Of a DNA stretch of 64,000 nt, positions 51,525-63,631 are shown one piece after another (the stretch's first letter is position 1; each line of letters starts with the position of its first letter). The stretch lies in NCBI GenBank assembly GCA_951406725.2, contig OX597818.1, forward strand, positions 49,352,001-49,416,000. Direction: 5' to 3'. The translations under genes and the position numbers were made by a program. Under the pieces are notes generated by a model, which ran no database searches, was not told the DNA's origin, and saw only the letters and a program-made list of their open reading frames with translations. This DNA is from Octopus vulgaris (taxonomy: Eukaryota).

Positions 51525-52261
51525 CAGTTCTATATTTAAGAGATGAGAAATTATTTACATTTGACGGATATTTGACCTCATCTTGTTTGTTGTTAACACA
51601 ATGTTTCGGCTGATATACCCTCCAGCTTTCATATGGCATAATGGTTAAGAGCGCGGGCTACTAACCCCAATATTCCGTGTTCGATTCCAGGCAGTGACCT
51701 GAATAATAACAATAATAATATCGAAAAATACCTTAGGAATGAGAACCCAGATTCGAAATTTCCCCAAGACACCTGTAGAAGGCTGGAGGGTATATCAGCC
51801 AAAACATTGTGTTAACAAGATGAGGGCAAATATACGTCAAATATAAATAATGTAAGGATCTTTTCAGTTTGAACGGCAGTTTTTTAAAATAATTTCCACG
51901 TAACTAAACACTTTTAAACTTCGTATACTGGTAGAATGTGTTTATAAAACATTTTTTTCTCTTGGCTTTGAGAAAATTTTATAGTTTGAAGATATTTGTT
52001 GTTTTTTTTCTGCAATTTCAACCAATCAATGACGTCTATTGAGGTGAAAACATTCTGTGCCGTATGAATATGTCCCTCGTTTAAAAAACAGATTGGGTTT
52101 ATTTATATTTGTGAAGAAAAAAAGATACTCTTCCCCCCAACCCTAACCCAGATTGAAATGCAATAGATCGATACTAGGGTCATAATTATGGGTGACAATT
52201 TCATATGACATCGCTAGAAAAAACTGCCGTTCAAACCGAAAAGATCCTAATGTAAATAATG
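51525..52261 (+). mobile_element. Penelope-like hairpin retroelement with a tRNA-like segment and a degenerate hammerhead motif; MITE nested in its tail
   Basis: Inverted arms ~51551-51632 and ~51778-51850; tRNA-like ~51633-51699; 13-bp direct repeat ttaagtcagacta flanks the whole unit. Confidence 0.6.
51856..52247 (-). mobile_element. Merlin-like MITE copy 3
   Basis: Same TIRs, opposite orientation; 8-bp TSD taatgtaa. Confidence 0.9.
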
Positions 52262-53128
52262 TTAAGTCAGACTAAGACTGTAGTAAGTAAAATTTAAAGA
52301 TTTAGTAGTCTGTGTATAGTAAAATCTTCCGTGGTAGCAATTATAGGAATGTTTCTAAAACTTGTTGAGTTTATTAAATAGTATTTACCCCCACTTCATC
52401 ACTCTATCGCTCATATCTTTCATCGTGAAATCTGTGTGATGAGAAATTGCATTGGCTCTGCTCATATTCAGTATCTGCCTTCTGTCACCTTCCACTGCTG
52501 TCTAACCTTCACCTTCACCTCGTGTGACTCTTAACTAACATACCATTCTTACCATCATCATCTGTTGCTATCCATCCATCACTCACTCACTCAGTCTCCC
52601 TCTCTCTTTCTCTGCGAAGTATTTTTATTTCTACCCTGTTCTGCTGCTTCTGCTGTTTTCTCTTCAACCTTCTACCAACAGCTAATGTGTAACTTATCAC
52701 TCTGCCTCTCTCTCTTACCATCACCCATCTCTGTTGCTATCCAACTCTCTCTTACTATGACATTCTCATTTGCTTTCCCATCAAGCTACTCATGCTGTGT
52801 CTTCCTCTTTCTCTCCTCCTTTGCTACCTCTTACCGTCCCATTACTCTTTACTTTGTCACACTCTGGATCATCAAGCAAAAAAGAATGTCTTTGTCTTGC
52901 AGAGGACAAGGCACCTTTCTATTGTTGGTGTCACAATAAAATGCACCTGATGTCCTGTAATGTGGCTGGTTTTTGAATTAATACATATGCCATGATAAAT
53001 CAACCATATACTCTGTAAAGTGGTTAATATCAGAAAGGGCATTCATCTGCAGAAACATTGCTCAGAATGGGAAAATGCAAATGAGGCATAGTTTTCCAAC
53101 CCACTTAGGAAGAAGTAACTTCATATAA

Positions 53129-53351
53129 GTGGAGGCACATGGCCTAGTGGTTAGAGCAGCAGACTCGTGGTTGAGGGATCGCAGAAGGTAGTGGCGATTT
53201 TCTGCTGACTCTTTCGCCACAACTTTCTCTCCCTCTTTCCTCCTGCATCTTGCAGTTCACCTGCGACGGACTGGCATCTCGTCCAGGTGGGGAGTCTATA
53301 TGCCAAGGAAACCAGCCCTTGTGAGCCAGGTGTGGCTCTAGAAGGAACAAA
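53129..53351 (+). mobile_element. SINE family D with an internal deletion
   Basis: Matches the 20896 copy; TSD aacttcatataa. Confidence 0.85.
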
Positions 53352-53571
53352 CAACTTCATATAAAAACCAACTTGTACCATTTGGACCCATCCAGCCTAT
53401 ACCTGCATGAAAATGGGCATGACTAATAATAGAAAAGTTGCAGTACATTTTATATGGGGTGGGGTCAAGGTTTCTGATTAAATCAATGACAGTTTAAAGA
53501 AATGTGTTTGAAATTATTATTAAAGTGGTGATATTTGTTATTTAATTGCATTTTGTTTCGTTCTGTTTCAG

Positions 53572-54279
53572 GATGTAATTGTGATGCATTGCACTATGGG
53601 AAAAGATGAGTATGATAAATCAAAAGGTGGAATCCTCAAAGCAAGTACATTAGAACAGACTGACAATCAACTACCCATCGGTGGTAAAATAGATGTGGCC
53701 TGGGACAATTATAGTCCGATCAATAGTTTTAAAGACTCTTCAAAAATCTCACTTAATAACAGCATAGGACAAGTAGCACATGAATTTCACAGGAATAATA
53801 GTCAAAGTAAAGAATTTGCAAGTGGATCCAGTCGATGCAAGAACAAAAGAATTCCTTCCCAAAACTCTGTGAAGTCTTCATTATCAGCTATATTATTAGA
53901 GAATAATGATGATCACCTTGACAAATCAAATGGTCCACTGGTTCCAGATTCCATTGATGTTAGTCCTCTTGATAACAACTCTGATAATGAAGATTTGGGG
54001 CTGACAACACATCGGCCTGATATCAATGCTAACCAAAATATTGATTTGGTCAGGTCATCTAATTTTTCGAATACAATTACTAACTTGTTTAATCAAAGTC
54101 ATAGGAAAAAGAAAGACAACAGCAGTAAATATCATGGAGAGGATATGTGGAGAAATAACAGGAAAATTGTCGGCAAAGGGAAAAATGATAATTTTTACAA
54201 TCAGTCTCCTTCACCAATAACATCTAATAGTTACATAATGCATGACCAAGAGAACCTTGGTTATCAACAACAACAGCAA

Positions 54280-54310
<31 letters not shown>

Positions 54311-54767
54311 AACAACATAACTATGAGCAATATGTTATTCCCCAAAACTTTGCCTATACAGCAGATGATATTTACCGAAAGGCACTATCTGTTGGATCTT
54401 ATCCTAATTTAATGACTCATAAGAAAGTCCCTGAGATGTTTAATTTTGTGAATGCATTGGTGTCACCACCCTTTTTTGCACGTTCATATCACCCAGAACA
54501 TAGGCAGCAATCACATGCATCATCCCAGTTTTATTCTGCTATCCCACCTGATGGAAATGGTTGTCTTAAGATACCACAGCAGTCTCCTGGACATGGCTAT
54601 CATTCAAACTCTATTCATCAGACCCAAGACTACATTAATTCTTTCTATGTTGACAATTCTCAGCATTTAGATAGCAGACTTCATTGTCCTAATGTAGATT
54701 ATCCTGATCAACATTACCAGTTGCATCAAAATGTTAATGTCCCGACAACCCGCTGTCATGATGCTTG
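53572..54767 (+). CDS. Large N-terminal exon of an unidentified protein: Ser/Asn/His/Gln-rich disordered region with Q17
   Basis: Acceptor ttctgtttcag; ~398 open codons (first ATG at 53584); donor tg|gtgagt, phase 2, so the ORF-track stop lies in the intron; mixed CAA/CAG polyQ at 54265-54315. Confidence 0.85.
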
Positions 54768-55876
54768 GTGAGTTTCTTCCATTCAATTATTTTTTCTTTA
54801 TATTTCTGGCTTATACTGTTACATTTCTGTCATGTTTTTTCCATACATCATTCCGTGATGCACCTGGACCCATCATCAGCAATGTTTCCTGGGGTCTTTC
54901 AGCATCAGACACCCTCATCCAAGTGACCCAGTTGGGGTTGATCAAACCCAGCTTGTGTCCAGCATGTTTAGTCTTTTACTTGTTTCAGTCATTTGACTGT
55001 GGCCATGCTGGAGCACCACCTTTAGTCGAGCATATCGACCCCAGGACTTATTCTTTGTAAGCCTAGTACTTATTCTACCGGTCTCTTTTGCTGAACCACT
55101 AAGTTATGGGGACGTAAACACACCAGCATCGGTTGTCAAGCGATGTTGGTGGGGACACATACACACACACTCACACACACACACACACACATATACATAT
55201 ATATGACGGGCTTCTTTCAGTTTCCGTCTACCAAATCCACTCACACGGCTTTGGTTGGCCCGGGGCTATAGTAGAAGACACTTGCCCAAGGTGCCACGCT
55301 GTGGGACTGAACCCGTGAACCATGTGGTTGGTAAGCAAGCTACTTACCGCACACCCACTCCTACGCCTACATTTCATATAAATTAGCATTTTACTTGTGA
55401 TCCTTGATCTCATAATATTTCTTGAAAACCACATGGTCACTCAATCTACTAGAAATAGCACCCAAATCTCCTTTAAATCATTCCCTGCCATTTTAACACA
55501 GCAAGTGCACATTAGATAATGTAGTGATACATACACTACACCTAAAAAAAACAAAAACCCAGTTGGGGTGGTCTTTACCTTTGATCTATAAGTTTGCTCA
55601 GCTGGGGCTGACCCAGTGTTAAACATACTGTGAATTTCACCAATAAATGATTTAATGATTAAAAAATTAGGTTTTATCTTGTCTTTGTAGCTATTATCAA
55701 TATTGTTCATTCAGAACTACTTATAATGAAGACAAGCTGATTGTTTTTATTGGAAATTCTGCAATAAAGTTGTTCATCTGAAAGTTAATGTCTTTATAAT
55801 AAGTTTGTAAGGGCTTCTATCTCAGTTTTAGCTAATTGATATTTCTATCATTTTTGCTTTTGTTAAATAGCTTTAA

Positions 55877-56096
55877 CCCTTTTGATACCAACCCAACTGA
55901 AACTGCCTCTGGCTCTGAGTACAAATGTCTTGTTTTCATAAGTTTTGAATTAAAATCTTCCACCAAACCTTAGTCACAATTTTTGTTCCTAACACTTGAT
56001 GAATGATAACTAAGTTATTTTGCTAAATTCTTTATTATATTTAAAATAACTGAAAGAAACACAAAACGTCTCAAAATAAATACAGTAATGAAAGGG
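55877..56096. mobile_element. Second TTAA-flanked MITE family
   Basis: ttaa|cccttttgatac ... gtaatgaaaggg|ttaa. Confidence 0.7.
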
Positions 56097-56803
56097 TTAA
56101 TGTTATCTGTTTGCTTATGATAAACAAAAATTCTTAAACGTCTGAATATTATTCGTATTCAAAATATTAAATTACTAAGTAATTATTAGTTGAGTTGTTT
56201 CTTGAATACTTGCTGGGATTTAGAATAAGTATTTTTACTGTATTTAATACATCAGAATTATTCAAGTGTTAAATGCCAAAACCCCAAATCTCCCTTGTAC
56301 GTCATAACTAAATGTACTTTCAGAATAAATGTAGTTATCAAATACTGACTTTGTTTCAAATCACATGATACTATTTTATGATATGACTAATGAAGCCAAT
56401 TGTATTAGGTGAGAAAGAGATTTGAAAACTCCATTTACAAAAGTCAAAAGATCTTAAACAAGTACAACCAACAAAATCATGTTTTTTTAAAGTTAGGGAG
56501 CTTACATAGACAATATATTATCACATGAGAAAATAGAATAAGCTCCACCGAATTATTTACTCTTTATACCCTAAATTATCAGCATTTTAACGTCTCTTTT
56601 TATGTTAGCATGACTTTACAGGTTTGTGATACAAAGTACCTCTTCATTGTCACAACCTTAGATTATTTTTTTCTGTGATGTATGATAATCATAGATCAAT
56701 ACTTCAGGGAAGAAGTGGTTTGTTGTTGATCCAGGTGGGCCCTCATTCAGCAAACCTATGATCAAAGATGTTCCAACCATGACCATCCTGTCTTGTCTGT
56801 ATG

Positions 56804-56834
<31 letters not shown>

Positions 56835-57258
56835 GACCTGCTGTTCTTGAGGAGACCTATTGAGTCAAGTACGTCAACACTAACATCAAAATAAAAATCA
56901 AATGGAAATTGTAGTTAAGATACCCGTGCCAGTGACACATAAAAAGCACTGTCCGAATGTGACAGATGCCAGCACCGCCTGACTGGTGTCCGTGTTGGTG
57001 ACACGTAAAAGCACCAACCAATCGTGGCCACTTGCCAGCCTCCCCTAGCCCCTGTGCCGGTGGCATGTATAAAGCACCCACTATACTCACGGAGTGGTTG
57101 GCGTTAGGAAGGGCATCCAGCTGTAGAAACTCTGCCAGATCAAACTGGAGCCTGGTGCAGCCACCAGGCCTCCCAGACCCCAGTTGAACCGTCCAACCCA
57201 TGCTAGCATGGAAAACGGATGTTAAATGGTGATGATGATGATATATATATATATACAT

Positions 57259-57289
<31 letters not shown>

Positions 57290-57813
57290 ATATATATATA
57301 TATATATATATAAATGAGAGAGAGAGAGAGAAAGAGAGGTATCTGTGACTAGATTATCCATTAACCTCTTATTTTTAATGGTAGGTAGTGATTTGAGGGA
57401 GACATTAGCTTCACACTATTTTCAATTGTTTTAAAGTTTCAATGCTTAACAAACTAGTGTGATTGCACCAATATTGATGACAATGGTTTTTTTTTTTATT
57501 GGTGGATCATGTGTTATATGTAAAGTTAGACCCTACATTGTTACATGCCAGTTCTTAGAAACAACTGAATATCCTTTGAATCACATATTCCACTGTCTTA
57601 AAGTTGCATTAGTTACTGTAGCTTTCCATACTCTTTCTCTGAGCTGAGGTTGAACAATAATAATTCAGTTTGTCAATCACTGCATATCAATCTTTTGCAA
57701 TTAATCACTTATTCAAACTCTTCTATCATAATATAAACAAGATTGAATTACACTTGATTGGTAATCACTGTTGTTCATCCTCTATATTAATCCACTTATT
57801 TAATAATAAATTA

Positions 57814-58205
57814 AGGTGGCGAGCTGGCAGAAACGTTAGCACACCGGGCGAAATGCTTAGCGGTATTTCGTTACGTTCTGAGTTCAAATTCCGCCAAGGT
57901 CGACTTTGCCTTTCATCCTTTCGGGGTCGATTAAATAAGTACCAGTTACGCACTGGGGTCGATGTAATCGACTTAATCCATTTATCTGTCCTTGTTTGTC
58001 CTTTCTGTGTTTAGCCCCTTGTGGGTAGTAAAGAAATAGGTATTTTGTCAGTCTTTACGTTCTGAGTGCAAATTCTGCCAAGATCAACTTTGCCTTTCAT
58101 CCTTTCAGGGTCGATAAATTAAGTACCAGTTGCATACTGGGGTCAATCTAATTGACTGCCCCCTTCCCCAAAAGTTTCGGGCCTTGTGCCTAGAATAGAA
58201 AAGAA
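57814..58205 (+). mobile_element. SINE A heterodimer (second unit carries the alternative tail)
   Basis: Junction aaagaaatag|gtattttgtc near 58039; a monomer lies at 61100-61315. Confidence 0.85.
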
Positions 58206-61200
58206 GAAATTAACTATTGCTCTTTGTCATTCAGCTATGTTGAGGATAGTAACCTGTTGCAGAGATTCATAACACTGTGGGACATGATTTTTGTCTTTGG
58301 GTAGCAACTGTTATTTCCTATTTACTTAACCCTTAGAAAGTATGAAAAATGGCCCCATAATCACACTCAGCAAATGGCTAAGATGCTCCCCCACTACTCC
58401 TGCTCATGATCAGAGATGCACATATTGTCAGCCACTAAAGGGACATGCTTAAGTGGTTAAGATCAAGCAAATTTGTGGTATTGAGCAGAATATTTGCTTT
58501 AATGATATTTCTGCTTCAGCAACTCGGTGCTGAATCTGTCTGAAATGTAATGGAAAATAGGTCAGTTTGAAAACATTGATGTCCAGGTCACAAAAGCAAA
58601 GTTTGAAAGGAATAATAGTCATTTCCTTTGATTCCTAAATGGAAGCAAATAGGAAATAACACTTACTGACCAAAATTCTGTTACAGTGTAATGCTCAACG
58701 TTATGCTAGGTTTCCTAGTTGTTTAATGAAGTAGATTTTTTTTTATCTTAATAACATACCTCTTGCACCATGCCAGTGGCACGTAAAATACACCACCCGA
58801 CCGTTGCCAGCGCCGCCCCGACTATCCTCCATGTCGGTGGCACGTAAAAAGCACCATCCATCCGTGGCCGTTTGCCAGCCCCGTCTGGCACGTATAAAGC
58901 ACCCACTACACTCATGGAGTGGTTGGCATTAGGAAGGGCATCCAGCCGTAGAAACACTGCCAGATCAAACTGGGCCTGGTGCAGCCTTCTGGCTTCCCAG
59001 ACCCCAGTTGAACCATCCAACCCATGCTAGCATGGAAAGCGGACGCTAAATGATGATGATGATGATACCATAATATAATTGACAAAAAGATAATGTATAT
59101 TTTTTTATTCTGTTACTGGTTTCAGTCATTAGACTGTGGCCTTACTGACAAAACCATCTTCAACGGCTTTGTTTTTTTAGTCAACAGTTCAATCCTGTTG
59201 TGTGACAGCTTGGGTGAGAGTCTTTTACCTTAACCTCACTTCTACCCAAACCTTGTGATACAAATTGGGTAGATGGAAACTGTTGGATGGACTATACCTA
59301 TAATTCAATGGCCCAGTTTTGTCTCACTGTGTCACCCTAATTCTGTCTGACAATAATATCAAGCGTACTAGTCAGTCGCCTTTACTGTAATTCAAAGAGT
59401 TGGTCGTTTCAGAAATCAAAAGAACAAAAATGCTTGTTGTTGAAACCGACAGAAATTAATTTTATTTTCTTTATCTGGCACTTATTTCATTGACTTCATC
59501 ATCATGCATCTATTTTATTCCATGTTGACATGGGTTGGACCAGCTTGATAGGAGTTAGCAAGACCAGGGGCCCACACCAGATTTCATAGTCTGTTTTGGC
59601 TTGGTTTTTACAACTGGATACTCTTCCTGATGCCAGCCACTTCAGAGAGTGTACTGGGTGCTTTTTATGTGGTACCAGCACTTTTTACATTGTACCGTGT
59701 CGAGGACATGTCTTTTTGAGTATAACAATGTACCATATATCTTTGTCCTTTATAAAGGTAAAGTTCACTTGAACAAAAAATTACATCATCCTAAAGTTAT
59801 TTTTGTCCAGCACACAGATTATACCATACCTCATCAATCTACACACACATACACACATATATCTAATACATTTGAACATAGTTCTCTGTCTGGTAAATTA
59901 CAGTCACAAATCTTTGGTTTATCTGTAGCCATAGTAGGAGACGCCACTCAAGCTGTGTGGTACAATCAAGCCTTGAACCACATGTTTTTATTAGCTTGTC
60001 AAATGAAGTTGCTATATTACCTGGTTAGCATAGGGTTGTTAAATTAGTACTAATTCACAGCTAGGAAGCTGAACATGTGGATGAAGTTTAATCCTAATTC
60101 ATATTTATAAAAGAATCTCTTCTTTAAATGTTAATTTATTGAAATCAATTGTGTTTCCAAACTGAACACTACAAGTTGTTCCTGAAATAGTTTAAATAAA
60201 ACTGTCATGTCTTCTTGAAATTTCCAAAAAAAAAAATCATTTTAGTCAATCATAAAATTTCAGTTGACTAGTATAATTTCAATAACAAGCTTTAAATTAA
60301 TTAATTAATTAATTAAATACTGAATCAGTCTGTATGTATTAATAGATTAGATTTTTTTTTCTGTAAAGATTCTCATTTTGTTAATGTGTGTGTGGATAGG
60401 AAATTCATTTCACATTTACAAGGGGTTTTGAGTTCAATATCACTCAATGTTACCCTCAGCCCAAATCTTCTGAATGTAATTTGGTCAACAGACACTGTGT
60501 GGAAGACCATTGCATTAGCTTGGCCATTGGATACCTTTAGTTCCAAATATTTGCATTAGTCCTCATAGTTCCAAATATTTGCATTAGGTTTCTAGTCTGA
60601 CAGTAATTTATGATTCCTTCCCCCCTTTCTTCAAGTAGTCTTGGAGCCTTGCAAAAAAGTCATGAGATGGGTACTGTCCTATCTTCTGACTAAGCCATAA
60701 AAATGTCTGCAACACTATGACATGTGATATGTGTTGAGTGTTCAACATTTGACTGTCTCCCATCTCTCTTTCTAGTTTCCAACCTGGAATTTTTTCTCAA
60801 GTCGGTAATGGCATGGGGTTTGTATGCATGTGAGCCTTTTGAGCAGTCATTATTCTGCTGAAGTCAATTTTGCCTTTCATCCTTTCAGGGTTGATTAAAT
60901 AAGTACCACTAGGGTCGATGTAATTGACTACCTCCTCCCCCAGGTTTCAGGGCTTGTGCCTATAATAGAAAGGATTAGAGTATCATGCACTCCTTTCATA
61001 CATCTGGCAGTACTATACTGCATCTTATAGGTTGTAAAATTTTTGACTGGTACAAATATGTACCAGCCAGGCCATAAAGGTTAAACTATATTCTATGAAA
61101 GGTGGTGAGCTGGCAGAAACGTTAGCACGCTGGGCGAAATGCTTAGCGGTATTTCGTCTGTTGTTACATTCTGAGTTGAAATACCGCCGAGGTTGACTTT

Positions 61201-62308
61201 GCCTTTCATCCTTTTGGGGTCAATAAATAGAGTACCAGTTTTGCACTGGGGTCGATGTAATCGACTTAATCTCTTTGTCTGTCCTTGTTTAGCCCCTTGT
61301 GGGCAGTAAAGAAATATATATTCTATGAAGTTATTCTATTGTCTGCTTCAGAACAAAAATATATAATTTTTTGAGGAAGAAAATTAGCCACTATTAACCT
61401 CATCTTTAGTTTGTATATTTACCTGCAAAATATATTAACATTTGAACTGTATTTAAATTTAAAATGATGATGGGTACAGATACAAATTTTGGTCACCATC
61501 AGCTTCATGGCCACTTTTCCATGTTTGCAATGGATTGAATGCTATTTCTGAAGGCAAATTTGTTATGGTTAGATGCCATTCCCGACACTGACCCTCACTT
61601 GTTTCCAAGTGAGATATTATTTCTTCATAGCTGGACATGAAAGGACACCTGTATGATGGTGGTGATCATTTATAACTATCACAATATCAAAACAAAAACC
61701 TGCACATATCATTCTCCACATAGGTCTGTTTCCCAAGCTGATATGATTTGAATGGTTTGATAGAAACTGACAAGCTGGAGGACTGCACTAAGCTCCAATA
61801 TCCAGTTTCAATGGCCAGATGCCCTTCCTAACTTCATAGCACTGAGTGCTTTTTTTTTTATGGCACTGGCACAAGTGGGGTCAGCATGTAAAACAGCATT
61901 TTGTCTTTCTTTACATTCTGAGTTCAGATTCCGCTATGGTCAACTTGCTGGTTTTGTGGCAAAATTTGAAACCTTACTAATAGATTCTAAAGTTGAAAAG
62001 GAGGAATCTTTACCTATTATATAGTATAAACCGGTTTTACTGGCCATTCTGGGGCACCATCTTTAATGATTCATTTAGTTAATTATACCAAACCCAGTAT
62101 TTACATCATGTTTGGTACTTATTTTATGTCTATCTGCTAAGTTACGGGACATAAGGAATGCTAACATAAACTACCCTGGTTTTTAGACTAAATATTTGGG
62201 CACGTGCTCATCGTACACACACAAATCTAAAAAGAAAGTAGCTTAAAAGTTAGTGCTATAAATAGGGATAACAATGTCAATGATAAGAGAGATAGTGTAC
62301 AGGATATG

Positions 62309-62349
<41 letters not shown>

Positions 62350-62856
62350 TCATTGATAAAGAATGTAAACAATAACCTGAATGAAGAAGGGAGATAATTT
62401 CAAGAATTTAGAAATGAGAAGAAATCCATGGTTGAAATAACATATTTAGTGGGGAGGAAATAGGGCTAAGACAATTCAGAAAAGGTCAGTGGCATGAATT
62501 TGGATACCAAAGTCAAGACGGGGCGTCATATTTAATGCTGTACAAATATATACTCTTAAGATTTCCCTTGTGGACAAAAAAAAAAAAAAAAATCATAATA
62601 AACAAAACAAAATGGCACTTATTAGCAATTCTGAATGGTAAAAGGAGATAAATTCATAGTAGAACAAACGTTCTTTGGGAAAAGAACAAACTGATATTTT
62701 TGTTTTGGGGATCAGGGGTAGATATGGATATGGTAGGCTTCTGTACAGTTTCTGTCTATCAAATTCCATTCACAAAACATTGGTTGTACACTTGAAAAAT
62801 TTCAGCTTTATTCCTTCTCATAAGTGCCATAATAAATAACCAAGAATTCAAGTTTT

Positions 62857-63272
62857 GGATCTTTTCGGTTTGAACGGCAGTTTTTAACATAATTTCTAGG
62901 TAACTAAAAAATTTTAAACTTCGTATACTGGTAGAATGTGTTTATAAAACATCTTTTTCTCTTGGCTTTATTGAGAAAATACTATAGTTTGTAAGATATT
63001 TGTTGTTGTTTTTTCTTCAATTTCTGCAATTTCAACCAATCAGTGATGTCTATTGAGTTAAAAAGCATTCTGTGCCATATGAATGTCCCTCGTTTAAGAA
63101 ACAGATTGGGTTTATTTACATTTGTGAAGAAAAAAAGATACCCTTCCCCCCACCCCTAACCCTAACCCTAAAAGAGATTGAAATGCAATAGATCGATTCT
63201 AGGGTCATAATTATGAGTGACAATTTCATATGACACCGCTAGAAAAAACTGCCGTTCAAACCAAAAAGATCC
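62857..63272 (-). mobile_element. Merlin-like MITE copy 4
   Basis: Same TIRs; 8-bp TSD caagtttt; internal ccctaa x3. An extra inverted end fragment lies at 63328-63386. Confidence 0.9.
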
Positions 63273-63631
63273 CAAGTTTTTACACTGTAAGAATAGCAGC
63301 TAAATCAAAAAGAACATATGATATACATCGGTTTGAACGGCAGTTTTTTCTAGCGGTGTCATATGAAATTGTCACTCATAATTATGCGAAAACAAGGTAA
63401 GATGTTCACATCTGGAAGGGTTTTTTTTTTATTAGAGGTCTACTTGATTGCCCTAAATTTGTTTACTTATTTTTATTATTACTTCAAAAGCTATAGAAAA
63501 GTGAAAAATCCTTAATTTTTTTAATAATAATTTTTTTTTTTTTAGTTTTTACTAATTTCTTTAGTTTTGCACTTATTTTCTTTTATTTATTTTTATGAAC
63601 AATCTTTCTCTTTTTTTTTTTTTTGTCCTAG

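Noticed and set aside
51633-51699. Genuine tRNA-Ser(ACT) gene, and other tRNA-like heads at 18842, 20896 and 53129
   Set aside because: No proper acceptor stem or long variable arm; all sit inside repeat elements.
52565-52976. 124-aa and 68-aa ORFs
   Set aside because: Pyrimidine-rich low-complexity intronic DNA that lacks stops by composition.
60537-60588. Short direct repeats (also 38779-38808 and 41224-41304)
   Set aside because: Ordinary slippage-type micro-duplications with no further structure.
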